This document shows, one piece after another, positions 36,053 to 49,163 of a DNA stretch of 64,000 nt. This stretch comes from Callorhinchus milii (taxonomy: Eukaryota): NCBI RefSeq assembly GCF_018977255.1, contig NW_024704743.1:86616001-86680000 (forward strand), given 5' to 3'. The position numbers were made by a program, and so were the translations under genes. Position 1 is the stretch's first letter, and each line of letters begins with the position of its first letter. The notes under the pieces are model-generated. The model was not told the origin of the DNA. It saw only the letters and a program-made list of their open reading frames with translations, and did not search any database.

Positions 36053-39000
36053 AATGCTGTTGTGAAGCAGTCTAATATTCAAGGGCGCTATAATGGGAAT
36101 GCCCCACATAAAGTTAAGGGGCCCTCAAACAAGGCTTGAAATTAACCAATGGGTGACTGATGATCCCCATTGTAGGAGGAAAGCAAGGTCTCCATGAGGC
36201 TGAGTGAGTCCAAGGTGATGTTCCTCGAGATGGAATGAAATTTGAGTGAAATAATTCCTCTGGGGCAGTCTTGCTAGTCGAGTTCCTAAGCCAGAGAGAT
36301 TCACAGTACTCTAATGCCTATGATGATAGACTAGCTAGCCTGGCTCATCAGCAGGACTTGGAATCCTAGAAATTTATAGTTCAGAAGAGGGTATTCGGGC
36401 CACCGAGTCTGCACTGGCCCTCACTGGCGACAATGCAAGCTGCACACTTTACACCTGCCACATCCCAACTCACATGCTGGAGTCCCCAAGCCTTGGTCCT
36501 TTCCAGCATCTAATACATTCCAGAATTGAGAAGTTTATGTCCTTCCGGGGAGGAAGTATACATCCATTTTATATAAACTGAAATTTCTATGGATATGTGC
36601 AACTCCAGTTCGGTTTGAGAACTACTTAAGTATCACGAGTTTCCACCCAGCTGACCGAAAGAAAAGGCTTGAAATGACCAAAAATTAAGAATTTGTTAAA
36701 CAGACCCCTTGCATAAACAGTTAACACTGTTGATTGCAGATCTTTTAAAAAGAAAGGTGGTTGTTGGGATGGTAAAAATATGTTGAAAGCACTTGTGCTT
36801 CAGTATTTAAGTGTTTTCTCATATTGGGTCCTCAGGATTTATTGAAGGGAAAAAGAAAACCTGCCTTTCTCCACTAGTGGTCCCAGTAGTCATTATCTTT
36901 AATACTAATCCCTGCAGTTTGATATAGTTCCTCATTACAAAGTCGAGACATCTCAAAGTGCTTCATAGGATATACTATAAAGTGGATTGACTGTAAATTT
37001 TCTGGGCAAATGTGGCAGCCAATGTGTGCACAGTAATGTCCCACAACAACCATGGAGTGAGTGATCAGTATTATTCAGGGGTTGTTGGCTAGGAACCAGG
37101 AGAAACTTGCTTCTCTTTTTGAATAGTGTCTGAACAGACAGCTCCTCCGACAATGAAACAAACTCCAACACTATCCAGCACCTTGGGACATCCTCCTAAC
37201 ATGAAAGGCACTATACAAATGTAATTTTGTATTGGAGTGTCATCATAGACCATATGGGTTCCAATCTTTGTCTGATTACCTGGCTTTAGGTGATTCACTG
37301 TTATTGCATTATTTTGTTCTCTCAGTAGCATGGGTTGTTTTATGGTTAGTATCAAGTGTACCTCAAGATAGGGTTTCCATACTGGCTGGTATATCCCAAC
37401 TTTCAGAGACGAATGTCATTCATTGTGAGAGCACAATCCAGCAAGCACAATGCAATTAAAATATGCTGACTATATGTGTAGACTTTCAAAACCCAACTTT
37501 ACCAAAAGTTGGTTAAGTATCTGGCTTGGAATGGGGTCGGGAGGTGGGGTGTGTGTCGAAGTTATATGAATGATATATAAATTATCAAATGTTGTACAGT
37601 ACATGATAGTTCCAGGAGTGTTAGAAGTAAGGAAAATCTCCTAAGCATGGAAACAGGGAATATAGAAAGTTGATATTACTAGAGTTCTGAATGATTTATC
37701 TTTGGAGGCACAAAAAGAAACTTTGCAGACGAGACATTAATCCCATTTGCCTGTAAAGGTAGATATTAATAATCCCATGAAATGATTCAAAAAGAGAATG
37801 GAGTTTCTCCTGATGTATTGCCCAACAATCCCCAGAATAAATTAGGCAGTCATTTTATGGCCATTTGTGGCACCTTGCCACATGCATAATGACTATACAT
37901 TTTCCAATTAAAAGTCACTTCTTTTGAAGACAGTATTTAAGTGTAAAGCATTTTGAGTCATTTCAGCACAAAAAGTTGCTACAAAAGTGAAAGNTTTTTT
38001 TTTAGAAGCAGTCCTTAGCAGATAAATTTGATTAGAGGAGCTTGAGATAAAAGCGGACCGTGCATAAGTGACCAGTTATTTATTTCATTCGCTGGTGACC
38101 GTAACCATCCAAATCAACTGATTAACAAAGCTGGCACCCTCTGATATCCACTGCTGAAATTATGTCTGTAGTAAAAGTTATCACATTCCTCCATATCTCA
38201 CTATGCATAGGGGATGTGAACAAGCCAAACCTTCACTACTTGGCCTGCTTCAAAATGTCAGAGACCCTGATCTGAGTTGAGCTGATCTTCTTTTCCAATC
38301 CAGCGCAGCTTGCGCATCTCAAAATCAACTTCCCAGCCAGACCTGACCCAGTATAATAAATATGTTATAACAGAGGGTTACGAGTTACTCAAATTACATT
38401 GAAAAATATTATTTTGGACACAGTTGTCATATAGCAAAACAAATTTAGAATGTGACATATTTTCAAGGCTTGGATATAAATTACTAGAAATTCTGCTATA
38501 TCTGTCACCATCTCATTTTATAATCTTCACGTTGGAAACACGTTGTTATAGTAGTTGGCTTCATTGTTTTTCTTCTTCGAAGTAGATCCTTTTATTCCAT
38601 ATTTTCCATATTAAACAGATGGGAGATATATCTATCACAATTTTAATTGGTCATTCATTTCATGGCTGTTTGTGGGATATTGCTGTGCGCAATTGGACTG
38701 CCACGTTTGCCTACAAATGCAGTCACTCCATTTCACAGTAAAATCCTGTGAAGTGCTTTGAGATATCCTTCCGACATGACAAGGTGCTACACCAAATGCA
38801 AGAATTATTCTTATTTTTATCATTGGAAGCATTCTCCTGTATGTTATCCCTTCTGTTTAGAGGGATACAAAAATATACCTCAAAGAAAGGGAAAGTAACT
38901 CCAAGCTAATTCTTCCAATTTTCAGCTGTTTGCACAGAGTTGATGCTCTCAGAGCCCAGGGACATAAGAACATAAGGATATAAGAAATACTAGATGAAAA

Positions 39001-39564
39001 AAGACCAAGGTCCATCTAGTTCGCCTTCCACCTTTAGTGGTCACATACACATATGTCCCGAACTACCTATGTACTATATCCTATAATGTTATTTCCTAAA
39101 AGAAAACTATCTAATCTGTGTTTGAAAGAATCAACACTTCCTGCTTCAACTGTCTCCCTAGGGAGCCTGATCCATAGGTTCACTAATCGCTCACTGAAAT
39201 AGAGTTTGCGTAGATTTGTTCTGAATTTACCCCCCTTCAATCGCAGGCTGTGTCCTCTGGTTTTGACTATTCTGGACAAGTTGAAACAGCCTGTCATGAT
39301 TTATATTGCTTAGCCCCTTTAGAATTTTAAACACACCAATCATGCCACCACTCAATCTTCTCTTTTCTAGCGTGAACATGCCCAATTTACTCAGTTGCTC
39401 CTCATAGTCCAGTCCCTCCATTCCCTTAATTATTTTGGTTACTCTCCTCTGTATCTACTCGATTTCTCCAATATCCTTTTTGTACTACAGCGACCAGAAC
39501 TGTACACAATGCTCTAAGTACGGTCTCACCGATGTTTTATACAGTGGCAGGATTACCCCACTAT

Positions 39565-39745
39565 TTAAACCCAAAACAATAATTAAATTGGTCATTTTCA
39601 ATCTACGGCTTGCTATTGGCTGCCGCGTTCGCCCACAAATATACAGTCAATTCACTTTACAGTGTGTTCTGTGAAGCGCTTTGGGACGTCCTCCTGACGT
39701 GAAAAGCGCTATATCAAATGCAAGGATTATTATTATTATTATTAT
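39565..39745 (+). mobile_element. SINE 3' half nested in CR1
   Basis: aattggtcattttcaatctac...gaagcgctttgggacgtcctcctgacgtgaaaagcgctatatcaaatgcaagg. Confidence 0.88.
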
Positions 39746-39944
39746 TTTTGATACATCCCAATATCTGGTTTGCTTTACTCACTGACACAGAGCATTGTTG
39801 GGAGAGCTTCAATTTATTGTCAATCAGGACCCCCAGGTTCTTTTCATTTTCCATCCATATTATTTTCCTTCCATTCAAATAATAATAATAATATTCCTTG
39901 CATTTGATATAGTGATTTTCACATCTTCTAGAGCACTTCGTAGA

Positions 39945-40245
39945 ATAATAATAATCCTTGAATTTGATATAGTGCTTTTCATGTCTTCTAGACATCTCAA
40001 CGCACTTCACAAAATATACTGTAAAGTGAATTGACTGCATTTTTGTGGGCGAAACGCAGCAGCCAATTGCGCACAGCAGTGTCCCACAAACAGTTGTGGA
40101 TTGAAGTGACCAAATTATTATTGTTGTTTTATTGTCAGATGTGTGGAGTAAGGAAACTTGCCCAAGGTTTCGCCCAGCCGGGAATCGAACCCAGGTCTCT
40201 CGCTTGTGAGGCGAGTGCTCTAACAACTGAACTACAGGACTCCAC
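39945..40245 (-). mobile_element. tRNA-derived SINE nested in CR1, with an extra SINE tail at 39880-39935
   Basis: Full antisense head-to-tail copy. Confidence 0.9.
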
Positions 40246-40769
40246 TTTAAAGTGAATTGACTATATATTTGTGGGTGATAATGCCTTCCAAGATTTTTTG
40301 TCCCCATGTGAAGTACTCTACATTTCTCCACATTGAATTTCACCTGCCATCGATTTGCCCAATGTCCAAGTATGTTCAAATCCTCCTGTAACTTATCCTG
40401 TTGAGCTTCGCAATAACCGCCTTCATTAGCTTGGTGTCATCTGCAACTTAGCCACTGTGCTTGCGACTCCTGTTTCCAGATCATTTGTAAAAATATTAAA
40501 CAAACAAGGTCCCAAAACAGACCTTTGTGGAACTCCACTGCTAACAATTTTTTTTCAGTCTGATGACATTCCCTGTTCCACCACCCTCTGGATTCTTAAA
40601 CCAATTGCATATTAATTGTAATATACCTCCACTGATTCCCACTTTCTATACTTTCAGTACCAGCCACTCAAGGGTAACTCTATTAAAGGCCTTTCTGAAA
40701 TTCAGACACTATATAACATTTGTATGTATAACACCTATAACAGATGCTTTTATAGGTACTATACAGTGT

Positions 40770-40980
40770 CAGCTTATCTCAGTTGGTAGCACTGTCACCT
40801 CTGAGTTGTGAAGGATGAGAGTTAGAGCCCCATGATGGGACTTTGAACTCACAATCTAGGGTTTGCTGCATTGTTAGAGGTGCTGTGCTTCTGATGAAAT
40901 GTGCTAAACCTGGGTCCTGCTGCTTATTCAAGTGGACTTTAAATATCATTTGGCACTATTCTAAAAGAGAACAGAAAAGA
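40770..40980 (+). mobile_element. Older DeuSINE-like SINE, 5' part
   Basis: ctcagttggtagcactgtcacctctgagt...ggactttgaactcacaatctagg... Confidence 0.65.
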
Positions 40981-41370
40981 GAAAAGAGAACATTCTGGTC
41001 TGAATGAAGACACTAAGATCAGATTATTATTCCACAGAAAGAAGCTATTCTGTGCAACAAGTCTGTGTTGGTCTGTTTCTCTCTATATTTTTTCAGAATG
41101 GGTCAAGCATTGAGCGAAGAAACTGCTGGACAGATTCAAATCCAATAAGACAAACAGAGATGTGTTTATCACAGAGAGGCAGAATCCACCCATTTTAAAT
41201 AAATAGAGAGAATTGTTTAACAATGAAATAAATTGCAAAACCCATTTGGTATTCCGCCAGCTGGGAGCACTGAAATTCGGAAATTAGCTGACTACACATA
41301 ATAAATACAATTTCCACCCCTGCCTTCCGATAATAATCCATCACAACAAGTGACACTTATAGAGCCATAG

Positions 41371-42080
41371 AACACAACAACATTACATTTGTAAAGCGCC
41401 TTTCACGTCGGGAGGGCATCCCAAGGCGCTGGACAATCAGTGTTTTGGACCAGAGCTGAGGGTTGGGATCAGAGTGGGTGGAGGGCAGGGGGGAAGGAGG
41501 GTGACCAAAGGCACTGTTAAAGATGAGGGTCTTGAGACAGGTCTTGAAGGAGCCAAGGAAGGGGTCAGGTAGAGGGACTGTGGGATAGAGTTCCAGAGGG
41601 TGGGGGCAGAATGGCAGAAGGCCTGACCGCCAATAGTAAGGCGGATGCGGCGGGGGACATGAAGCAGGCCAAGCCCACTGAGCAGAGGGAGCGGGCAGGG
41701 TGGTAGGGGGTTAGAAGGTCGCAGAGGTAGGCGGAAGCAAGGCCATGGAGGGCTTTGAATGTGAGGACCAGGATCGCGAACTGTATCCTCTGTGTGATGG
41801 GAAGCTCGTGGAGTCGAGCGAGGATGGAGGTGATAGGGTTGCGGAATGGGAGAGGACACGGGCTGCAGAATTCTGGATGATCTGTAGCCTATGGAAGGAG
41901 GAGTTGGGGAGGCCGAAAAACAAGGAGCTTGCGTAGTTGAGCCTGGATGTTATAAATGCGTGTATGAGGTCTCGCCGGCCTGCAATTGGAGACCAGTGGC
42001 GGAGCCAGGCGATATTGCGGAGGTGGGGGAGGACAGAGGCACGGATGTGGGGTAGAAAGTATATTTGAGGGTCAAACAAG
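41371..42080 (-). mobile_element. L2 3' fragment with intact tail
   Basis: HAFITSRLNYASSL...HRLQIIQNSAARVL; 3' end cagcgccttgggatgccctcccgacgtgaaaggcgctttacaaatg(ttg)n. Confidence 0.92.
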
Positions 42081-42719
42081 ATGAGGCAATAAATACATGG
42101 CAAATATTTGTTAAAAACGCAAAAATAATATAGGGATAACCTTTATGGTGTTCCTTTGGTTTTACATTTGTTAACTTATTGAAGGAAAGTATAAGGAACA
42201 CCAGGAGGTGGCGATCATCCCTGGGTAAGGGGTTTGACCCTCTCAGAGTACTAGTGGCACCATTTTCTCACACTGAGACGAGAGTCATTTTATTTTGAAA
42301 ATGTTAGTCCCTACATCAAACTCTAATATTTATTTTATTTACCATTGCGTTCTCAGATTTTATCTACCTCAGGAGGACCAAAATATGTGCTCCCCTAAGA
42401 CAAAAAAAACTTTTAGCAATAAGGCCTGGCCTACCCAGGGGCAGAAATTTTACCTGGGTCTAGATTTATTCTATTTTTTTTGCATTTTTGACCATCTAGA
42501 ATTTGCCAAAAACTTAAATACAGACTTCAGCCTGAAGCCTTTTAAAGCCCAAGCTCTTTTTTTTAAACTACAAAAAAGACTTAAGACAAAAGTTAAGACT
42601 AAATTCAATAATTTGTCAAATTCTGGCCACTCTGAAATCCGAGTAAATCATCCCCCTCCCAACACATTGCTGAAAGTTATTTTTATTAAGAGATGATTAG
42701 TAGGTTCTAGAAAATTCAG

Positions 42720-43450
42720 ACGATCACAAGAGAGATTCAGATGAAAAAGGCCCTTTGGTCCATCTGATCTCTTCCTTTCAGAATTCTCAACCTATCACCA
42801 TCCAATCACAGCATCAAGCAGTTTTTTTTTAAATGAGTCCAATGTCTGGCCTTCCTGGTAACACGTTCCAGTCATTGATTACCCTCTGGGTCAAGGAATA
42901 CTTCTTGATATCTTAAAATTGCAACCCTAAATCTATGTTGTTTTTGTTCTGCTGTCTCAATGCATCCAAATATATTGTCTGGGTTTAATTTCTCAATATC
43001 ATTTAATATGTTATACACCATTAGAAAGTCCAATGTGAGACAAATATTTTCAAAACTGAATAGCACTAGCTTGTCTAATTGTTGCTCATAGCTTATTTCT
43101 CTAACACTGGGGAGCTTCCTCTGTGATCTCCTTTGCACTGATTCTAGTGTCTAGACAGCCTCCTTATATCACAGTGACCAGAAACTATATGCAATACTTT
43201 CTATGTGGCCCGACCAGAACACTATACAACTTGAGAATGACATCTGGGAATTATGAAATCAGCTGATTTGGCAATATAACCAGCCCAGAATCTTTGTTGC
43301 TTTTATTGCTACCTCATACTGTTTTGACATAGTGAGTGCTGAGGTAACTAGCACTCCTAGATCTCTTTCAGCTTCTCCCTTGAGTATGTTCTATCCCATC
43401 CATGGAGTACATGTGTTTCCTATTATGACTTCCTATGTGTAGCACCTTGC
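42720..43450 (-). mobile_element. CR1-clade 3' fragment, decayed
   Basis: QRRSQRKLPSVREISYEQQLDKLVLFSFE..., and an antisense DLGV motif. Confidence 0.75.
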
Positions 43451-44269
43451 ATTCCATTTTAACACACTGCAGGCATGTCTTTAAACACCATTTCTACATT
43501 TACACATAGCAACAGGATTCTAGGCTCTGATATATGACGCAGAATAGGGAACTGGAAACCAAGATCATGCACAATAGTTAGGACAGGCCCGTGTATAAAT
43601 AGAAACAGTGTGAATAATGAACATCTTTTTGAGCGCAATTTCAGTCTCCTTTCTGCCCCTACCCCCGCCCCCCCCCAACCTGGAGCAAGCTCTCAGTCAG
43701 TTGCGGGAAGTGCTTTGAGGCATACTCCCGATGCTAAAGATGCTACATTAAGGTAAATCGTTGATGTCATTCAAATTAGCCACAGTGCTAACCAAAAGTG
43801 TATTCCTACAGGACTTATGCCACAATAGTACCATGTTGTACCAGCCCTTCCCCTGTCAGCCATTATCTCTCTTTTGGAATCTCTTTCTCAGGGATTCTGG
43901 TATGTGGCAATGCTCCAATGTATTCATGCTGAGCTGTGCTGCTCACTAGGAAGCTCATAGGGAGTTCCTAGTACCTGCCATTCAGGGGGCAAGGAATTCT
44001 CCCACTTAGCTCCCAATAACCCTGTAAGCCAAATAATAATAATCCTTGCATTTGATATAGGACATATCACATTGGGTGGACATCTCAAAGCATTTCACTG
44101 GATTTACTGCAATGCATAGTGACTGTATATTTTGTAGGCAGACCCAGCAGCCAATTTGTGAAACAAAGAGCCATAGAGCGAATTATCTCTCCTCCCTCAT
44201 TTATATTCCGACCCTCCCTTTCAATTCCTCCTTCCTCCTCTTGTCTCGCACATTTCCATGCCAACTATC

Positions 44270-45466
44270 CCCTCCATATTGCCCTACAAAATGTTCGTTC
44301 CCTCTCCAACAAAGCCCTCACTATCAAAGACCTGATTGTTGATGGAAACATTGACATTCTTACCCTCACAGAATCCTGGACCATCCCAGGCGACATCTTT
44401 CCCCTGACTGAGGCCATACCACCCTGCTTCACCTTCCACCATACCCCACGACCTAACCACAGTGGTTGGATGTGGCTCTAATCTCCAGGTCCCCACTTGG
44501 CCTATCCCCTTACTCCTCTAGCTCATTCCCCTCCTTCGGGCACCTTACCGTCTACCATCCCTCCAAGCTTTCTCTTAAAATTCTCCTCGTTTATCGCCTC
44601 CCCCAAACTCTCCCTCACCTTCGTCTCTGACATTTCCACTCTTCTAGCTTCCCTCTCCCTCTGTTCTGAATGCCTCCTCATCCTAGGTGACCTCAATCTA
44701 CACTTCACGTCCTCCTGCTCTATCTCTGCTGACTGCTCCTCTTTCCTTTCACAACCTCTCCCTCCTCAGCAACTGCCATTCATGTCCATGGCCACCCGCT
44801 TTACCTGGTGATTACCTGGAGCATCTCAAACATCACCATCACTGACAAAACCATCTTGGACCATTACTTCATCTCCCTTAACTCCTCAATCCCTCTCCCC
44901 ACTGCCACCCAACCCACCTCCATCTCCTGCCGACCCTGGAAAATAATCTCCCCCCCATTCCCTCTCCATTGCCTTGGAGTGATCTGAACTCCTCCCCTCT
45001 GGGCTTCCTCCCGCAATGACCTATCCTCCCAGGTCATTCTCCTCCACAACTCCCTCTCCACCACTCTCGATGCCCTTGCCCCCCTCACCTCCCAAATGGC
45101 CTCCTACTCACAAAAGTCACCATGGTATACCAGCACCTCTGCTCCCTCAAGGCAGAGTTTCATGCTTCTGCATGCACCTGGCTCCAATCTAATTTAACAG
45201 TCCATTAACAGATCTGGCTGGACCACATCAAAACTAACCCCTCCAACCGTGCCTCCGCAAAATCGTCCTTCTATTCCCAGATATTCTTGGAGGCCAATGA
45301 CAACCCCAGACTCTTCTTCTCCACCACCAACCAGCTCCTCTCTAACCACCTTCATAATCCATATGAAACCCACCACCTGCTCCATCGACCCCTCTCCTTA
45401 CCTCCCAGGACCATCTTCTTGCCCCCCCTATTCACAGACCACATCATCCTCTCCCTGTCCATTGGC
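44270..45466 (+). mobile_element. L2 ORF2 5' part (apurinic-like endonuclease region), decayed
   Basis: LQNVRSLSNK...IDILTLTESW, LLILGDLNLH, ...DNPRLFFSTTN, ...DHIILSLSIG. Confidence 0.88.
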
Positions 45467-46677
45467 AGGATCTTGCGGCATGCCTTGAAGGAGGCAAGGG
45501 AGGGAATGTGGGATGAAGAGAGCCTGAAGACCCGACTTCCGATGGTGGGGTGGGCAGGCAGGGGACATGGAGCAGACCTGCTGAGCGGAGGGAGCGGACA
45601 GTTGATAAGGGGTTAGCAGGTCAGAGAGGTAGGAGGGGGTAAGTCCATGGAGGGCCTTGAAGGTGAGGATGAGAATTTTGAACTTGATCCTCTGAGGGAT
45701 GGGGATCCAGTGGAGCTGGGCAAGGGTGGGTGTGATGGGGTAACGGAGCCTGGTGTGGGAGAGGACATGAGCTGCAGAGTTCTGGGTGATCTGCAGCTTG
45801 TGGAGGGAAGAGTTGGGAAGGCCAACAAGCAGGGTTTCGGCATAGTCGAGCCTGGTTGTAATAAAGCATGTTTCGTCGGCCTGAGCGGTGAGGCAGTAGC
45901 AGAGTCGGTCAATGTTGCGGAGGTGGGGAAGGCAGAGAGGGTCATTGCATGGTTGTGAGGGAGAAAGGACAGTTGAGGATCGAATAAGACGCTCAGAATT
46001 CTGACTGGCTTGGTGAGATGGAGTTTGTATCCTTGGATGCAATGCTGCCAGTGCCTGAGATGCAGAGGCACTGGTGCGAGCCAATCAGGACAGCCTCAGT
46101 CTTGCTGACGTTCAACTGTAGAAAGTTGTCTCTCATCCAGTACTTGATGTCTGACAGACATTCTGTCAGGACATCTGTGGTCTTGGGGTTGAGGGTAGAG
46201 GCAGAGAGATAGAGTTGGGTGCGATCGCATACATGTGGAAGTTGACTCCATGTCTGCGGATGATGTCACCAAGAGGAAGCATACACAAGTTGAAGAGGAG
46301 AGGACTGGGGACAGAGCCATGAGGAACATCGCACAAAACTATGCGGCGGCTGGAGGAGAAACTATTTGCGGAGACAAAGTGGAGCCAGTGTGAGAGATAG
46401 GATCTGAACCATTCAAGAACAGAACCTTGAAGGTTAAGGTGAAAGGAGATGTGATGGAGGAGGATAGAGTGGTCCACAATGTCAAAGGCAGCAGAGAGGT
46501 CGAGGAGATGAGGAGACAGAGGAAGCTCTTGTCATAGATGGACAGAATATCATTTACACCTTGACCAGGGCTATTTCTGTACTGAGGGCAGCATGGGAAC
46601 CCGATTAGAGGGGTTTATAAAGGGAATGGTAGGAGAGAAAGGAGTGAAGCTGAAAAGCAACAACTCTTTCAAGTACC
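45467..46677 (-). mobile_element. L2 ORF2 RT and C-terminal part, opposite orientation
   Basis: VLERVVAFQL, DLSAAFDIVDH, VPHGSVPSPLLFNL, FHMYA, RLDYAETLLVGLPNSSLHKLQITQNSAA. Confidence 0.9.
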
Positions 46678-46759
46678 TATCTCAGACTCTCTCTCTGTCT
46701 CTACCCCTACCCTGCTCCTGTAGCACATGATTAAATAAGCATTTACCTTTATGTTAAAC

Positions 46760-46990
46760 AAAAGGCAAATTATTGCAGATGCTGGAAATCTGAAATAAAA
46801 ACAGATGTTGCTGCAGGTCAGGCAGCATCTATGGAGAGAGGAAAGTGAGTTAACGTTTCAGGTCGATGACCTTTCATCAGAACAGTTCTGACAAAAGGTC
46901 ATTGACCTGAAACGTTAACTCACTTTCCTCCCTCCATAGACGCTGCCTGACCTGCTGAGTGTTCCCAGCGACTTCTGTTTTTGCTTGCCT
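46760..46990. repeat. Palindromic repeat containing two inverted Penelope-type minimal hammerhead motifs
   Basis: 71-bp arms 46813-46883 and 46885-46955 are nearly perfect reverse complements. Minus arm reads CTGATGA-A-AGGTC-ATC-GACCT-GAAA-CGTT-AAC. Confidence 0.8.
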
Positions 46991-47689
46991 TTGTGTTGTT
47001 GACACATTCCTTGTCAACTCACATGCAACTATAATTTGTTGCCAGTATCACATCCCAATTTGGCATCTGTGTCAGAGCTTGATGTGGAGAAGTGGACATG
47101 CAGATAGTCTCTTACTGTACTTTCTCCAAATCTTAAGAGTACATTACTTCATGGCGGTTTTGAGGATATTGTGTGCAAATTAGCTGCCCCATGCAAATAC
47201 ACATTCACAACACTTCACAGTAAATCCTGTGACATGTTTTAGATATTTTGATAATGAGATAAGTGCTATATCAAGTGGAAGGATTATTATGTTAGGTTTC
47301 AGTTTTGTGGAAACAACAGTGTACTCACTCATTCACTCCCTCTGCTGGAGATTCACATCTTCACCAACAAAAATAATTGAAAGAAAACAAGATAGTTTCC
47401 AATAAAAATAAAATCTGCACGGCAAATATCCCCAAACGTCAGACAGCTTCCAAAAGTTCCAAAAATTCCAAACTGTTTTTGGCTTGTATTAGGCGAGAAG
47501 GATTATTTCAAGCAGTGCAGCTATTTTGCACGATTAGATCTTCACCATCACAAAGACAAAGGAACACATTTCCTTGATTTATCATTAATTTAGATCTCAT
47601 AACTCTATATCTGGTCCACAAAGTGATATCAATCACCAAGTGTTAATAATTTGTGTTAGAATGAAGACAGTAAACCAATAATAATAGTA

Positions 47690-48210
47690 ATCCCTGCATT
47701 TGAAATAGCATCCTATCTCGTCGAAATGTCTCAAAGGGCTTCACAATTACTGGGCATTTACTGCACTTAACTGTGACAGTTAATTTGTGCAAAGCAATTT
47801 CTCAGAAATACCAAGGAAGTGAATGAAAAATATCAGTGGAGAAATGTTGGCCAGGACATTGGGAGGAGCTCTCTTTTCAATAATGTCATGGAATCTTTAA
47901 CATCTACTTCAACAGACACACCAGACCTTGAATTAGGTACATGACTGTGTCTATGGTTGTGTGCCCTTTTTCCCTGGCTCGGCATCAAACTGTCATTATT
48001 AAGTGCTCCAAGGCGCTATCCCACTTGAAGAGGCCTAAGTTGTTGTTATTGTTGGTGTCTCATAAAAGAATGACTTTTCCAGCAATGGAGTGATCCCCCA
48101 ACATCATAGTGGAATCTCAGCTGAGACTAGGAACTCGAACTTCCCAACAAGGGATTTGAACCCACAACTTTCCAACCCAGCGTCAAGACTGTTACCACTT
48201 GAGCCAGAAG
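47690..48210 (-). mobile_element. Older DeuSINE-like SINE
   Basis: Tail (ccctgcatttgaaatagc), ttggccaggacattgggagg and head remnant tttgaacccacaactttcc. Confidence 0.6.
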
Positions 48211-48559
48211 GCAAACAAGATTGGACTCTAAACTAGAATATCACTTCACAGTTGTTGTAATCCATTGATGTCTTCATATTGGTTTGGGGTTTGCCTATAA
48301 ATATAGTTATTGCATTTGGTAGCAAATTATCTAGTGAAGTATTCCAATTTGTTTTAGTGTTATATATCAAATGCAAAAAATATTATTATTAGAATATCAA
48401 TTTCTGCACAAAACTTTTACCAACCTTTTGCCAGTCTTAACTTGTATTACGTATGGGAGAACAATCCCTTTCACTACTGATCAAGCTTGCCATCTGGTGT
48501 ATACCCAAAGAAAAACACTGGGAGTTCTTCGCAAAGATGATTTCAGGTTGTACTGAAAA

Positions 48560-48775
48560 TGGTACATATATGTAAATATATAAATATATAATTCATAAAA
48601 TTATAAAAACATATATTATAAATATATAAAATTATATTTTATTATTTTTATACAATCTTCTGCATGAAATAATTTATATATAATGTATATATTATATCAT
48701 ATAATTGTTTAATTCATATAATATACAAAATTATAAAAATACATAAATATATAACTTGATAACAAATAAAAACTA
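48560..48775. repeat. AT-rich low-complexity tract
   Basis: Degenerate (ATATA/TAAAA) repeats with very few G or C. Confidence 0.8.
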
Positions 48776-48854
48776 GGAACAAATGGAGTAAATTAAGTGA
48801 GATATTACAACATTTCTAAAATTGAAGTAAGAATTTTAGAATCTTAAATAAGAA

Positions 48855-49163
48855 TCCCGGGCAGGGTGAAATCTTAGGCAAGTTTCCTTACCCCACTTAC
48901 CTCTTGTTTACCTATGAGTAAGTAGGAACCTGGTTGTTAGAAAATTGATGGGTCACTTTCCGGGGGTAATAATCCCTCAATAAAAAACAATTGGTCATTT
49001 AATCCACAACTGTGCGACACTGCTGTGCGCAATTGGCTGCTACATTTTGCCCACAAAATACACAGTCAATCCACTTTGCTATATATTTTGTGAAGCTCTT
49101 TGAGATGTCTCAATGACGTGATAAGGCACTATATCAAATGCAAGGATTACTATATATTATTAT
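48855..49163 (+). mobile_element. tRNA-derived SINE (long variant, 5'-truncated)
   Basis: tcccgggcagggtgaaatcttaggcaagtttcc...atcaaatgcaaggattac. Confidence 0.88.

Larger units (their letters stand above)
38965..40710 (-). mobile_element. CR1-clade LINE (RT C-terminal half to 3' end), interrupted by several SINE insertions
   Basis: WANRWQVKFNVEKCRVLHMG; EKNLGVLIDNKLKLSQQC...KANQILGCIK; GLDYEEQLSKLGMFTLEKRRL; TRGHSLRLKGGKFRTNLRKLYFSERLVNLW. Confidence 0.92.

Noticed and set aside
37994..37994. Single N base
   Set aside because: Assembly ambiguity next to a poly-T run, not biological.
39714..40379. 221-aa ORF
   Set aside because: Chance read-through of CR1 RT pieces and nested SINEs (poly-Y/N runs come from ATT tails).
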